NCBI GenBank assembly: GCA_023416745.1
Contig: JAEZHF010000063.1
Location: 7,272 to 71,271, forward strand
DNA from: Bacillota bacterium
GTDB taxonomy: Bacteria > Bacillota > Clostridia > Christensenellales > SZUA-584
Length of the DNA: 64,000 nt
Reading direction: 5' to 3'
Positions 28,599 to 37,632 of the stretch are shown piece by piece (within the stretch, counting starts at the first letter, position 1; the number at the start of each line of letters is the position of its first letter). A program made the position numbers and the translations under genes. The notes below the pieces were generated by a model. It ran no database searches. It had not been told where the DNA came from and worked only from the letters and a program-made list of their open reading frames with translations.

Positions 28599-29006
28599 AT
28601 GCCGGATGATTTTGATGCTTCCCGCGGCATGCAGACAGCGCAGCGCGGGTTCCGCCGCGGCGGATTTCCGCGCGGAGGCGGGATTCGGCGCGGGTTCCCC
28701 AGAGGGCGCGGCGGCTTTCCCGGACGTTTTCCCAGAAGGCGCTTCCCCGGCCCCTTCGTATACCCGTTCTTCTTTGGCTTCCCGCAGCAGCGGTGCTTCT
28801 TTATAGACCGCTTCGGGCGGTGCTGCGACCAGTTCGGGCGGTGCTATTACCGCGGACCCGGACCGTATCCTTTCGCCTCTCTCACCGAGCAGGACGGCTG
28901 GTACGGCTCGCCGGGCAGCTGGGATATGATGGCGGATATGGACGATATGTACGATGACATGGGCAGCATGGTGGCTTACATCGACGACGATGACGATTTT
29001 GATTGA
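28599..29006 (+). CDS. Hypothetical low-complexity protein with an Arg/Gly/Phe/Pro-rich basic half and an Asp-rich acidic tail
   Basis: AGGTGG lies 8 nt before the ATG at 28599 and a terminator follows. The sequence includes RGFRRGGFPRGGGIRRGFPRGRGGFPGRFPRRRFPGPF, then RFGRCCDQFGRCYY, and ends DDDDDFD. Confidence 0.5.
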   Translation: MPDDFDASRGMQTAQRGFRRGGFPRGGGIRRGFPRGRGGFPGRFPRRRFPGPFVYPFFFGFPQQRCFFIDRFGRCCDQFGRCYYRGPGPYPFASLTEQDGWYGSPGSWDMMADMDDMYDDMGSMVAYIDDDDDFD

Positions 29007-29032
29007 CGCAAAAACATAGGATGACGCAAAAA

Positions 29033-29064
29033 ACCGGCTTGCCGATAGCGACAGGCCGGTTTTG
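29033..29064 (+). terminator. Rho-independent terminator
   Basis: ACCGGC-loop-GCCGGT followed by TTTG. An A-run precedes the stem, so it could act in both directions. Confidence 0.6.
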
Positions 29065-29104
29065 CTGTATTCTCCACAAATGAGTTAGCCCGGTCTGAAC
29101 AATA

Positions 29105-29326
29105 CTATTCTACAGAGACCGTCTCAATCTGGCAAAACGCAAGCATTTCGTCATCTGTATAACCTTCTGGAATAGATGCTTGATACGCTTTTTCTTTGTC
29201 AGCCCAGAGAATAGAGTAGCCGCCAGTTTTATCCTTTTCTTGATCAAACCATTCTAAAAATACATACTTAATTCCCTTATATTCAATTTCGCGAACAGAT
29301 GTCCCGAGTCTATCCAGTTCGTTCAT
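29105..29326 (-). CDS. Hypothetical 73-aa protein, possibly a gene remnant
   Basis: An open frame in a locally AT-rich patch. I found no convincing Shine-Dalgarno sequence upstream. Confidence 0.3.
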   Translation of the reverse strand: MNELDRLGTSVREIEYKGIKYVFLEWFDQEKDKTGGYSILWADKEKAYQASIPEGYTDDEMLAFCQIETVSVE

Positions 29327-29385
29327 GGCTATTTATCGTTTTTGCAGAAGGGGATTCCTCGCAGGCTCGGAATGACAGGATGCCT

Positions 29386-29414
29386 TTAAAAAGCTGACGC
29401 CCGACTTGCGGGCG
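29386..29414 (-). terminator. Candidate terminator of the activase operon
   Basis: The minus strand reads CGCCCG-caagt-CGGGCG, then TCAGCTTTTT. Confidence 0.5.
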
Positions 29415-29457
29415 ATGGATTAAGTTTGTTGTGGAACTGCCTGTGATGCCATGTTGT

Positions 29458-30411
29458 CTACCGCATCACCGCGCCGCGCTCGCACTTGTTGCCCCACGCG
29501 TCTAGGAGCGTCTTATCCTGATAGATGCAGATGATCTCGCAGTGGTTGGCGCAACGGCCGCACTCCACGCCGCGCGTCACAAACTCGATGTCCGCGATAT
29601 CGAAGTCGAAGTCTCTGTCTTCACCGGATTTGCGCGCGAGTATCGCGACGCCCAGCGCCCCGGTGAGATGGCCGTTCTGATCCACTGTCACCTCGTGGCC
29701 GGTCGCGTCCTCGAACGCCTTCTTGACGCCCACGTTCTTGCTGACGCCGCCCTGAAACACGATGGGCGCGACGATTTTCTTGCCCTTGCCCACGTTGTTG
29801 AGGTAGTTTGAAACCACGGCGCGGCACAGCCCCGCGATGATATCCTCCTTGCGGTGGCCGATCTGCGCCTTATGTACCAGATCGCTTTCCGCGAAAACCG
29901 TGCAGCGGGCCGCGATGGACGTCGGCTTTTTGGACGTGAGCGCGATCTCGCCGAACTGCTCCACCGCCACGCCGAGGCGCTGAGCCTGGCTGGAAAGGAA
30001 CGCGCCTGTACCCGCGGCGCACAGCGTGTTCATCGCGTAGTCCACCACGAAGCCGTTCTCGATCAGTATGATCTTGGAGTCCTGCCCGCCGATCTCGAAT
30101 ATCGTGCGTACATTGGGATACTGGGACAGCGTGCCGATGGCGTGTGCCGTGATCTCGTTCTTGACAACCGCCGCCCCCGTCATCGCGCCGATGAGCCGCC
30201 GCGCGCTGCCCGTCGTGCCCACCGCCGCGACGCGCACGTCCTGTCCGCCCAGCTGGGTTTTCAGCACATTCAGCAGCCGTTTGACCGCGCCGATGGGGTC
30301 GGCCTGCGTCCAGAGATATTCGCTCGCCAGTATGTTATTGCTGTCATCTATCACCACGCCCTTGGTGGATATCGAGCCGATGTCCAGCCCGAGATACGCT
30401 TTCGTCGTCAT
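29458..30411 (-). CDS. BadF/BadG/BcrA/BcrD-family ATPase (HgdC-like acyl-CoA dehydratase activase) with a C-terminal Cys motif
   Basis: LGLDIGSISTKGVV, an LCAAGTG motif and ARCTVFAESD. There is an extra C-terminal CGRCANHCE...C motif. ATGA overlap with the upstream gene. Confidence 0.8.
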   Translation of the reverse strand: MTTKAYLGLDIGSISTKGVVIDDSNNILASEYLWTQADPIGAVKRLLNVLKTQLGGQDVRVAAVGTTGSARRLIGAMTGAAVVKNEITAHAIGTLSQYPNVRTIFEIGGQDSKIILIENGFVVDYAMNTLCAAGTGAFLSSQAQRLGVAVEQFGEIALTSKKPTSIAARCTVFAESDLVHKAQIGHRKEDIIAGLCRAVVSNYLNNVGKGKKIVAPIVFQGGVSKNVGVKKAFEDATGHEVTVDQNGHLTGALGVAILARKSGEDRDFDFDIADIEFVTRGVECGRCANHCEIICIYQDKTLLDAWGNKCERGAVMR

Positions 30412-31472
30412 TTCGCTTCCTTCCTCATCATGATCATGTCGTGGAACGCCTCCAGCCGCGTGTGGATGCCCGCGTCGCTGGTCTGCGAGTCGTAGCTGAA
30501 GTAGATAATGGGGATCTTATAATCCACGCTGATGTTCTGCAGCACGGGGATCACGTCGATCTCCGGCGTACAGCCGAAGCTCTTTAAGTGAATGATGCCG
30601 TCGTAACCCCGCTTGGCGAAGTACAGCGCGCGCTCGATGGTCATCATGCAGGTCGCGCCCATGTCGTACTCCGCGTAGCCTCTGATCTTGGGCTTGGCTT
30701 CCTTGTTGCCTTTGTGCAGCAGCGAGTTGGTCAGGTTCATCCAGCGGTCCACCACCATGCCCTTCTTGGCCAGCTCCTTCTCGATGAAATGGTTGCTGAA
30801 CGGCAGCATGATGGTATAATACTCGCCGATGATACCCACGCGCAGCGGTTTGTCCGGCTTGTCGGTGTCGATTGCTTTGAAGCCTTTCATCGCGTCCTGA
30901 TGCATCCCGCGCAGCTGCTTCATACTCCGCACGCCGCGCAGCGCCTGCAGATAGTCCGCCAGCGCCTTCTCAAATGTGCCGCTTTTGGACTCGAAACCGA
31001 CGTTCCGGCGCACGAAGTCCTCCGCCTCGTCGATGCACTCCACCATCTTAAGCACCACTGGCAGGAACTTGGCAACGCGGGCAATCGGCAGGTTTTCGTT
31101 GATGGCCTTGAACTGCTCGTAGAACGAGGCTGGCCGGTCGAACCGCGCTTTGGCCATATTCACGAAGCGCCCGGTGAACCCCATATCGCGCAGTATCTGC
31201 TCGTGCAGCTCGCCGTAATAACCCAGACGGCAGGCGCCGCCGATCTGTGCCAGCGTGTTCGCGCCCGCCTCGATGGCTTCAATGTAGTTGCCGAGGTTAT
31301 ACTTGAACGGCGAACAGACGAAATCCGGGCTGTAGCGGCTGCCGATCTCCAGCGTGTGGTTGGTAACAGGCGGCGGCGTGATATAGTCCACCCCCATCCC
31401 TTGCGTGAACAGCAGCTCGATGGGCACGCAGTAGCTGCCCAGATGCGGAAAAGTCACTATCGTTTTATCCAA
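30408..31472 (-). CDS. Activase-associated, 2-hydroxyacyl-CoA dehydratase-like subunit (DUF2229-type)
   Basis: Its position, its overlaps with neighbours on both sides, and my recollection of family features (FPHLGSY..., SPDFVCSPFKYNLG). The family call rests on memory. Confidence 0.6.
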   Translation of the reverse strand: MDKTIVTFPHLGSYCVPIELLFTQGMGVDYITPPPVTNHTLEIGSRYSPDFVCSPFKYNLGNYIEAIEAGANTLAQIGGACRLGYYGELHEQILRDMGFTGRFVNMAKARFDRPASFYEQFKAINENLPIARVAKFLPVVLKMVECIDEAEDFVRRNVGFESKSGTFEKALADYLQALRGVRSMKQLRGMHQDAMKGFKAIDTDKPDKPLRVGIIGEYYTIMLPFSNHFIEKELAKKGMVVDRWMNLTNSLLHKGNKEAKPKIRGYAEYDMGATCMMTIERALYFAKRGYDGIIHLKSFGCTPEIDVIPVLQNISVDYKIPIIYFSYDSQTSDAGIHTRLEAFHDMIMMRKEAK

Positions 31473-32385
31473 CGCTTTCGTCCCTCTTGAATCTGATAAT
31501 GTCGATAAAGCTCTCCAGCCGCGTTTCGAGACCCGCGGTGCCTTCCTGACCGTCGAGGATCAGGTTTAAGATCGGCTTATCCTTCACGCGGCGCATCACA
31601 ATCTCGTTGACCATGGAATCCGGCCCGCACGGGAACGTGCTTAAAATGATAATGCCGTCGATCCTATCCCGCCACAGCGCGATGGAACCGATCAGTTCGC
31701 GGCTGGTGGCCCACGGCACCGTTTCGCTCACCGCATACGAGGCAGCGATCGCCTTTTTGGGCTCCGCGGCGCAGCTCAAAACAGGCACCGCATCCAGACT
31801 TTTCAGCGCGGACAGCACCGGCTCGCCGATGAATTTGTCATAGATGTTGTACGGATGGGCGACGACGAGCACCTTGACGCCGCTCAGCTTCAGCAAGCGC
31901 TCCTGCTCGTGCATCGCGATCAGCTGCCCCGCCCGTTCGGACTGCTTGGCCGTCCAGTAGGCGTACAGGCTGTGCGCCCTTGTTTTGCCCAGCGCACGCC
32001 CCAGCTTCACAAAAATAAGCGGTTCGAGCTGCTTGTCCTTGGTGTCGATGTTGTAGTGCAGCAGCTTGAGATTGGTGTCGCGGAAGGTGTTATTGATCAG
32101 GTCGTAAACGGCATTGAAGCGCGTGCACACCGTGCCCGCCCGCCCCTGATGGCCGATGCGCGGCACCAGCACATAGTCGCACTTGTCCATCAACCACGCC
32201 ACATGCCCGAGATATATCTTGCCCGACAGGCAGGACTCATCCACGGCGAGGTTGGAGCCGCGCTCGATGATCTCCCGGTTGGTGTCCGGACTGACGATGG
32301 TTTCCACACCGAGCGCATCGAAAAAGCTCTCCCACATCGCGCCGTAGCGGAAATAAAAAAAGGCCTTCGGTATTCCGATTTTCAT
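31465..32385 (-). CDS. Activase-associated, 2-hydroxyacyl-CoA dehydratase-like subunit (DUF2229-type)
   Basis: MKIGIPKAFFYFRYGAMWESFF... is typical of the N-terminus of activase-related proteins, and FPCGPDS is present. 8 nt overlap with the next gene. Confidence 0.6.
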   Translation of the reverse strand: MKIGIPKAFFYFRYGAMWESFFDALGVETIVSPDTNREIIERGSNLAVDESCLSGKIYLGHVAWLMDKCDYVLVPRIGHQGRAGTVCTRFNAVYDLINNTFRDTNLKLLHYNIDTKDKQLEPLIFVKLGRALGKTRAHSLYAYWTAKQSERAGQLIAMHEQERLLKLSGVKVLVVAHPYNIYDKFIGEPVLSALKSLDAVPVLSCAAEPKKAIAASYAVSETVPWATSRELIGSIALWRDRIDGIIILSTFPCGPDSMVNEIVMRRVKDKPILNLILDGQEGTAGLETRLESFIDIIRFKRDESVG

Positions 32386-32619
32386 GTTAAACCTGTCCGT
32401 TTATAAAATATGTATGATGCCAATATAGGTTGTATTATAAACGATATTTGCTTTTTGAGCAAGGCGAGAATAGCTGAGCGACACTTTTAGCGACTGTTAA
32501 TTTCTAGCCTGCTTCGATTCCTCCTAAGTTGTTCGTCCCATTTTTTGTGATAATAAGATGCAGCTTAATTCAGCATAATAATGATATACATTTAATCATA
32601 ATCTGGGAGGGATTTAAAA

Positions 32620-32817
32620 TTGAACGGCAGAGTGAAGTGGTTTAACGCTGAAAAAGGTTTCGGCTTTATAGAACAGGAAGGCGGAGGAGACGTTTTTGTA
32701 CATTTTTCCGCCATTCAGTCCAAGGGATATAAATCATTAAATGAGGGACAGCAGGTTCAATTCGATGTTACAAAAGGAGCACGCGGTCCTGAAGCCTCAA
32801 ACGTTATAATCACTTAG
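32620..32817 (+). CDS. Cold-shock protein (CspA family)
   Basis: [15 protein letters not shown] and VFVHFSAI are the RNP1 and RNP2 motifs. TTG start after GGGAGGG. A long AT-rich 5' region lies upstream. Confidence 0.95.
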   Translation: MNGRVKWFNAEKGFGFIEQEGGGDVFVHFSAIQSKGYKSLNEGQQVQFDVTKGARGPEASNVIIT

Positions 32818-32838
32818 TTAAATGGTTTCATTAGTTAA

Positions 32839-32873
32839 AAGGCACTGGCGTTTTCTGTTCGCCGTGCCTTTTT
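32839..32873 (+). terminator. Rho-independent terminator of the csp gene
   Basis: AAGGCAC-loop-GTGCCTT followed by TTT. Confidence 0.7.
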
Positions 32874-32946
32874 AATAGTTATCGATTTAGCGCAGCCATA
32901 GCAATCATCATCAAAATTAACGCCGCAGGATGTATTATTCTTTGAA

Positions 32947-34422
32947 TCACACTCTGTAAACCTTCCTGAAGTGGTGTCCGTATACTGCGTAGGTCACGGC
33001 CTTGTGCAGCTGCGACGGATTATGCCGCAGCGTGTGCAGCACCAACCGCCAGAACCAGCGGCGTTCCTCCCCCGCGATGCCCAGCCGGAATACCGATTTC
33101 ATGAAAGACGCGATGTCCGCAGGATGGAATTTAGTGGGCTTCTTTGGCTGTGAGCACTCCGCGTCAAGGTAGCGCATCACGCGGCGGTAATACGATTCGG
33201 GGCCATAAATGCCAGCCACCACCTTTTTGTAACCGTCCACCAGCTTGTCGTGCGCCATCTTGGGCGCGAAATTCATCGAATAGTCGGTGTTGTCGCCCGT
33301 GAAGTCGGAGGTCAGTCGGTGCTCCTGCTCCATGCGCTGGTACAGCCGCGTACCGCGCGGCGCGTTCAGCAGCCCCACCATGGCCACGACGATGCGGCTC
33401 TGCTGTATAAAGCGGATGAGTGTGTCGAATATGGTTTCGGGGTCGCTGTCGAAGCCCAGTATGAAGCCGCCCTGCACCTCCATTCCGTGCTTCTGTATTA
33501 TCTCGATGCAGGCCAGCAGGTCCCGCCCTGTGTTCTGCTTCTTGCCGCATTCGGACAGGCTTTCCTCGTTGGGCGTTTCTATGCCCACGAACACCGTATC
33601 AAAGCCCGCCGCCACCATCAGGTTCATCAGCTCCTCGTCGTCGGATATGTTGATGGACGCCTCGGTGTCGAACCAGAACGGCTTTCCATGCGCCTCCTGC
33701 CAAGCGATCACAGCGGGCAGCACCTCTTGTTTGAGAATCTCCTTGTTGCCGATGAAGTTGTCGTCCACGAAGAACACGCTGCCGCTCCAGCCGTTGTCAT
33801 ACAGCGCGTCCAGCTCCGCCGTTACCTGCTGCGCCGTTTTCAGACGCGGTTTGCGTCCGAACAGCACCACCACGTCGCAGAACTCGCAGTTGAATGGGCA
33901 GCCTCTCGAATACTGTATGTTCATCGACGAGTAGTCCTTCATGCGGATGAGGCTCCACAGCGGCACAGGGGTTGTTTTCAGGTCGGGCTTATGATCGCAC
34001 TGGTAGATGTGCTGGGCGTTTCCCTGTTCCAGATCGTGCAACAGCGGCGGCAGCGCGACCTCCGCTTCACCCAGCACCAGATGATCCACCGTGTCATATT
34101 TGTCCGGGAACGCCGTGAACAGCGGCCCGCCTGCCACAACACGGATGCCCGCCTTCCTGCACCGTGATATCACGGCTTCAGCGGAGGCGTTCTGCACCGA
34201 CATTGCGCTGATGAACACACAGTCTGCCCACAGCAAATCGCGGTCGTGCAGATGGCGTACGTTCATGTCTACAAGGCGCTTGTCCCACTCTACTGGCAGC
34301 ATGGCCGCCACGGTCAGCAGCCCGAGCGGCGGGAACACGGATTTTTTCCAAGTGAAGCGCAGCGCGTATTTGAAGCTCCAGAAGGTGTCGGGAAACTCAG
34401 GATAAACCAGTAATGTGCGCAT
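32947..34422 (-). CDS. B12-binding-domain radical SAM protein (class B, DUF4070-type C-terminus)
   Basis: The N-terminal B12-like domain begins MRTLLVYPEFPDTFWSF...PPLGLL. The radical SAM motif is YSRGCPFNCEFC. Confidence 0.8.
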   Translation of the reverse strand: MRTLLVYPEFPDTFWSFKYALRFTWKKSVFPPLGLLTVAAMLPVEWDKRLVDMNVRHLHDRDLLWADCVFISAMSVQNASAEAVISRCRKAGIRVVAGGPLFTAFPDKYDTVDHLVLGEAEVALPPLLHDLEQGNAQHIYQCDHKPDLKTTPVPLWSLIRMKDYSSMNIQYSRGCPFNCEFCDVVVLFGRKPRLKTAQQVTAELDALYDNGWSGSVFFVDDNFIGNKEILKQEVLPAVIAWQEAHGKPFWFDTEASINISDDEELMNLMVAAGFDTVFVGIETPNEESLSECGKKQNTGRDLLACIEIIQKHGMEVQGGFILGFDSDPETIFDTLIRFIQQSRIVVAMVGLLNAPRGTRLYQRMEQEHRLTSDFTGDNTDYSMNFAPKMAHDKLVDGYKKVVAGIYGPESYYRRVMRYLDAECSQPKKPTKFHPADIASFMKSVFRLGIAGEERRWFWRLVLHTLRHNPSQLHKAVTYAVYGHHFRKVYRV

Positions 34423-34567
34423 GCGTGACCTCCGTTGATGCTGTCGTTATAAATATATTGTCACGATTCAGGCACTCGTATGCGGAGTAATTTCTGGACA
34501 ACGCTTTCAACCTAGCTCGTGACATGTTAAAATGTGTTAAGCAAACGCATATAATTTTAGGTGTAAC

Positions 34568-35503
34568 ATGAACGAAATTTTGAAATGTTGGCCGGAACTG
34601 GAGCCGTGGCTCAGATTCGCCGTCGATACGCATTTGTATAATCTGTCGGGTGACGAAACGGCTGCGGTTAGTGACCCGCGCATCGCGGCAGTGATCAACC
34701 GTCTGAAAAGTGCCGAAAAAGGCTTCCCCGCCCTGATTGAAGGCAGTCTGGATTACCGGAGCACCGGCAACGCTTTCTGGGATCTGCATCTGCTGGCGGA
34801 CATCGGCATCAGCGTGAAGGCGGCGGGGCTTGAGCACTTGGCGGAAGCGTTTCTGCGCACGCAAAGGCCAGAGGGCACTTTTCTGGTGCAGAAGGAAACA
34901 AAGCCGGAATACAACTGTTTGTCTTCCATCGTGCTATCGTCGCTGGCAAAAATGGGATACCGTGATGACGGTCGTGTTCGCAGGTATATCGACATGGTGC
35001 TTAATGTGCAGCGACTGGACGGCGGGTGGCACTGCGCCGTCAGCCGTTCTAAAGGGGCTCGTTTGGAGCACACCGAGTCCTGCCCCATGGCGAACGCGAA
35101 CGTGCTGCGGCTGCTGGGTCAATATGATGAATTTCAATATGATGACCGCTTCAGCGGCGCAATTGATTTGCTGCTGGCTCACTGGGCCCGTCGCGGGGAA
35201 AAGTGGCGTCCGTACGGCTACGGTGTGGGTAGCGATTATATTAAGCTGAAATACCCGGACGTGAAATACGGTCTGCTGAAGGTGCTGGATGTGCTGGCGC
35301 TGTTTCCCTATGCCGTGCGTCAAAATGAGTTCGCAGAAATGCTGGATGCTGTTGTTACACACACTGCAGACGACAGGTATACGCCCGAGTCTGTCTCACG
35401 TGCTTATGGCGGCTTCGACTTCGCGCAGAAGAAGGAACCCAGTGCGTGGATCACATTCCTCGTCAGCAGAATTCAAAAGCGGGCAGCGGAAATAAACATC
35501 TGA
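34568..35503 (+). CDS. Hypothetical protein with prenyltransferase / squalene-cyclase-like (alpha/alpha toroid) repeats
   Basis: Repeat-like motifs RTQRPEGTF and NVQRLDGGWH resemble the QxxDGGW repeats of terpenoid cyclases and prenyltransferase beta subunits. Confidence 0.55.
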   Translation: MNEILKCWPELEPWLRFAVDTHLYNLSGDETAAVSDPRIAAVINRLKSAEKGFPALIEGSLDYRSTGNAFWDLHLLADIGISVKAAGLEHLAEAFLRTQRPEGTFLVQKETKPEYNCLSSIVLSSLAKMGYRDDGRVRRYIDMVLNVQRLDGGWHCAVSRSKGARLEHTESCPMANANVLRLLGQYDEFQYDDRFSGAIDLLLAHWARRGEKWRPYGYGVGSDYIKLKYPDVKYGLLKVLDVLALFPYAVRQNEFAEMLDAVVTHTADDRYTPESVSRAYGGFDFAQKKEPSAWITFLVSRIQKRAAEINI

Positions 35504-35564
35504 AAGAAACGGAACCAAGCCCACATATCAGTCGTCTATTAATAAAGCAAGCATTGTAAGGAGA

Positions 35565-36374
35565 ATGATGAAGAGAGCATGGACAGCGGCTTTACTGGCC
35601 GCAATAATGATATTGAGCCTAACTTCGTGCGCGCCAGAAGCGGACACGCCGAATGAATCTGCAGCCGTCGATTCCGCCTCAGATACAGCTGCCGCAACGA
35701 TAACTGTCACGCCCGCGCCCACTGTACCCGCGCCGAATCCGATGGAACAGCTGAACGGCATCACGGCGGCAGCTGTCCGCCAGGTCGACGTATATGATGA
35801 TTCCCGGCCGGCACCCGTGATGGTCTATTCATCGCTGGATGATATCACTGCCGTGATGAAGTGGTTCACGCATCTTAGTGTGGGCGAAGCGCTGGCCGCG
35901 ACGGAGACCGACGCGCCGGGCGACTGGCGCTATTACGAATTCACGCTGTTTGACGGGCGTGCGTTTAAAATCTATTTCGGAGGCGATACCATATCCGCGG
36001 ACAGCGGACAGTTCCGGTACACCGGTCCCAAAACCCCAGAGCTTGCCAAAACGCTGTGGCTGGACGTGGCTGAAGACAGCTATGCGGCCGATGAAACCGT
36101 GAACTTCAGCGTCGTTAATGAAACGGGCGGCGAAGCGGTACTGCTGTTTGTACCGGTACTGGAGCGCGCGACGGAAACCGGCTGGGAACCGCTGGAATGC
36201 GCTGAAAGCTTCTGCGGCGTGCCCGACCCGATCACGGACAAGCTGACCGATCACGAGTTTGAGCTGTCGCAGTGGTTTCCCGACGCTGGGCCGGGCGTAT
36301 ACCGCTTGTCGTTGGAGGCGTATGACGAGGACGATAACCCGTTTTTGATCTCGGATATATTTGAAATAAAGTAA
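35565..36374 (+). CDS. Hypothetical lipoprotein
   Basis: The signal peptide ends in the lipobox LSLTSC. AAGGAG lies upstream. Confidence 0.7.
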   Translation: MMKRAWTAALLAAIMILSLTSCAPEADTPNESAAVDSASDTAAATITVTPAPTVPAPNPMEQLNGITAAAVRQVDVYDDSRPAPVMVYSSLDDITAVMKWFTHLSVGEALAATETDAPGDWRYYEFTLFDGRAFKIYFGGDTISADSGQFRYTGPKTPELAKTLWLDVAEDSYAADETVNFSVVNETGGEAVLLFVPVLERATETGWEPLECAESFCGVPDPITDKLTDHEFELSQWFPDAGPGVYRLSLEAYDEDDNPFLISDIFEIK

Positions 36375-36575
36375 AATATGGTTTGTTTGTAGTATTAATA
36401 CTTGTAGTGTTTGTTATTTGTGCTATAATGCACATGGTAAAAAAGTGAAAGGAGAGCATTATGAAAACATGCGTGAAGCCGGAGAGTGCCGCCAATTGGG
36501 AGGCGTGCATCCGCTGACGCAGAACGCCTCCCGAAAGCCTTGATAAAATAACTTTCGGAGGTTAAGGAATTGAAT

Positions 36576-37592
36576 ATGGATATTAACGCGCTGGGGTTCT
36601 CCCCTGCGCTTTTTGAGACCGCACATGCCCAAGGGCTGATACCCGGGCGTGTAGCGGCACAGTCTCACGGCATCTGCCGCGTGCTCACCCCTGATGGCGA
36701 GACGGATGCGCGCAGCGCCGGGCGACTGGTGTACGAGGCGGCTCTGCTCCCCGTGGTGGGCGATTATGTGCTGCTGGACAGCGATGGCATCATACGCCGC
36801 GTGATGGAGCGCCGCAGCGCGTTCGTCCGCCGATCGAAGGGCGAACAGCAGGTGGTGGCGGCCAACATCGACACGGTGTTCGTCTGCATGGGGCTGGACA
36901 GGGACTTCAACATTCGGCGGCTGGAGCGCTATCTCGCCGTCGCGTGGGACAGCGGCGCGCTGCCCGTGGTGGTGCTGACCAAATCGGATCTGTGCGAAGA
37001 TTTAGCCGCGAAGCTTTCGGAGGTCGAGGCTGCCGCGCCGGGCGTAGATACCGTCGTATCTCCGGATGAGGCGGAGAAGCTGAAAAGCTATATCAACGGC
37101 GGTACGGTCGCGTTTATCGGTTCATCGGGTATCGGCAAGTCCACGCTGATCAATCGGCTGGCAGGCGCAGAGCTGCTGGCAACGGGTGAAACGCGGAGCG
37201 ACGGCAAGGGCCGCCATACCACGACAGCACGAAACCTGCTGCCGCTGCTGGGCGGCGCGGTGATCGACACGCCGGGCATGCGCGAGCTGGGTATCGAGCG
37301 GGCGGACTTCTCCCGCAGCTTTGCGGACATCGATGCACTCGCTGAACAATGCCGGTTTACCGACTGCGGCCACGGCAGCGAGCCGGGATGCACGGTGCGG
37401 GCAGCGGTTCTGGACGGTACGCTGTCCGAAGAGCGGCTGGAAAGTTGGCGCAAGCTGCGCCGCGAGGCGGCCTACTCGGCGATGGATTCACGGCAGATCG
37501 AAGCCGCCAAGATCGAGCATATGCTGGGCCCCGGCGGTATGAAGGAGATGCGCCGCATCGTCAAGGAAAAGGATATGTTCAAAAGACGGTAA
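36576..37592 (+). CDS. rsgA: Ribosome small-subunit-dependent GTPase A
   Basis: Circularly permuted GTPase motifs (VLTKSDL, GSSGIGKSTLIN, DTPG) and a C-terminal zinc knuckle CRFTDCGHGSEPGC. Confidence 0.9.
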   Translation: MDINALGFSPALFETAHAQGLIPGRVAAQSHGICRVLTPDGETDARSAGRLVYEAALLPVVGDYVLLDSDGIIRRVMERRSAFVRRSKGEQQVVAANIDTVFVCMGLDRDFNIRRLERYLAVAWDSGALPVVVLTKSDLCEDLAAKLSEVEAAAPGVDTVVSPDEAEKLKSYINGGTVAFIGSSGIGKSTLINRLAGAELLATGETRSDGKGRHTTTARNLLPLLGGAVIDTPGMRELGIERADFSRSFADIDALAEQCRFTDCGHGSEPGCTVRAAVLDGTLSEERLESWRKLRREAAYSAMDSRQIEAAKIEHMLGPGGMKEMRRIVKEKDMFKRR

Positions 37593-37598
37593 TATACA

Positions 37599-37630
37599 AG
37601 CGCCGGTCAGAAGTGGCCGGCGCTGTCTTT
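37599..37630 (+). terminator. Rho-independent terminator after rsgA
   Basis: AGCGCCGG-loop-CCGGCGCT followed by GTCTTTC. Confidence 0.6.
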
Positions 37631-37632
37631 CA

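Noticed and set aside
34397-34864. A 155-aa minus-strand ORF spanning the divergent intergenic region and the 5' end of the toroid-like gene.
   Set aside because: It overlaps the radical SAM start and the better-supported plus-strand gene. It has no RBS and shows wrong-frame composition.
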